A DNA stretch of 64,000 bases from Lama guanicoe (lineage: Eukaryota). The notes beneath the pieces were generated by a model. It was not told where the DNA came from, did not search any database, and worked only from the letters and a program-made list of their open reading frames with translations. The stretch covers positions 4,553,567 to 4,617,566 of the forward strand of contig MU053629.1 in the NCBI GenBank assembly GCA_013239625.1, read 5' to 3'. Position 1 is the first letter of the stretch, and the number at the start of each line of letters is the position of its first letter. The translations under genes were made by a program, and so were the position numbers. Shown here in pieces: positions 63,981 to 64,000 of this stretch.

Positions 63981-64000
63981 TTTGCAGCAACATGGATGCT

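Larger units (their letters stand above)
1..64000 (+). other. MAP2K5: Interior of MAP2K5 gene (end of intron 2 to part of intron 8, human exon numbering)
   Basis: Six AG/GT-bounded exons splice in frame to a peptide matching MEK5 residues ~62-182. Neither the preceding exon (..VLPEATTTAFE) nor the next (AYHVPSGK..) was found in the window. Confidence 0.96.

Noticed and set aside
1..64000. Supplied six-frame ORF track as genes, and prokaryote-type systems (CRISPR, operons, defence islands)
   Set aside because: The DNA is a mammalian intron-rich locus. The ORFs are short, often start at non-ATG codons and mostly overlap decayed repeats. No repeat-spacer array is seen.

Overview
Mammalian genomic DNA, probably camelid given the Vic-1-type tRNA SINEs and young L1 3' ends. 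The whole window lies inside the MAP2K5 (MEK5) gene on the + strand. Six short coding exons, equivalent to human exons 3-8, splice in frame to YEDEDGDRITVRSDEEMKAMLSY-YYSTVMEQQVNGQLIEPLQIFPR-ACKPPGERNIHGLK-VNTRAGPSQHSSPAVSDSLPSNS-LKKSSAELKKILANGQ-MNEQDIRYRDTLGHGNGGTVYK, covering the C-terminal PB1 domain, the linker and the kinase Gly-rich loop. The rest is intron: L1, L2, CR1/L3, MIR, camelid SINEs, ERV1 LTRs, DNA-transposon MITEs, microsatellites and repeat-free AT-rich blocks that look like conserved non-coding elements. None of the supplied ORFs looks like a real gene, and I see no novel protein-coding system. The best leads are: (1) a perfect 136-bp templated insertion with an 8-bp target duplication and a palindromic (TA)n filler; (2) a rare GAG acceptor at the first kinase exon, shadowed by a stronger upstream CAG acceptor that reads into an immediate stop; (3) a MER135-like long hairpin; (4) a paired 24-bp homeodomain/ONECUT-like motif 3.8 kb apart; (5) rearranged retroelements, namely a twin-primed L1, an internally inverted SINE and an ERV LTR with two 5' ends. 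Repeat family names were assigned by eye and need RepeatMasker/Dfam confirmation.
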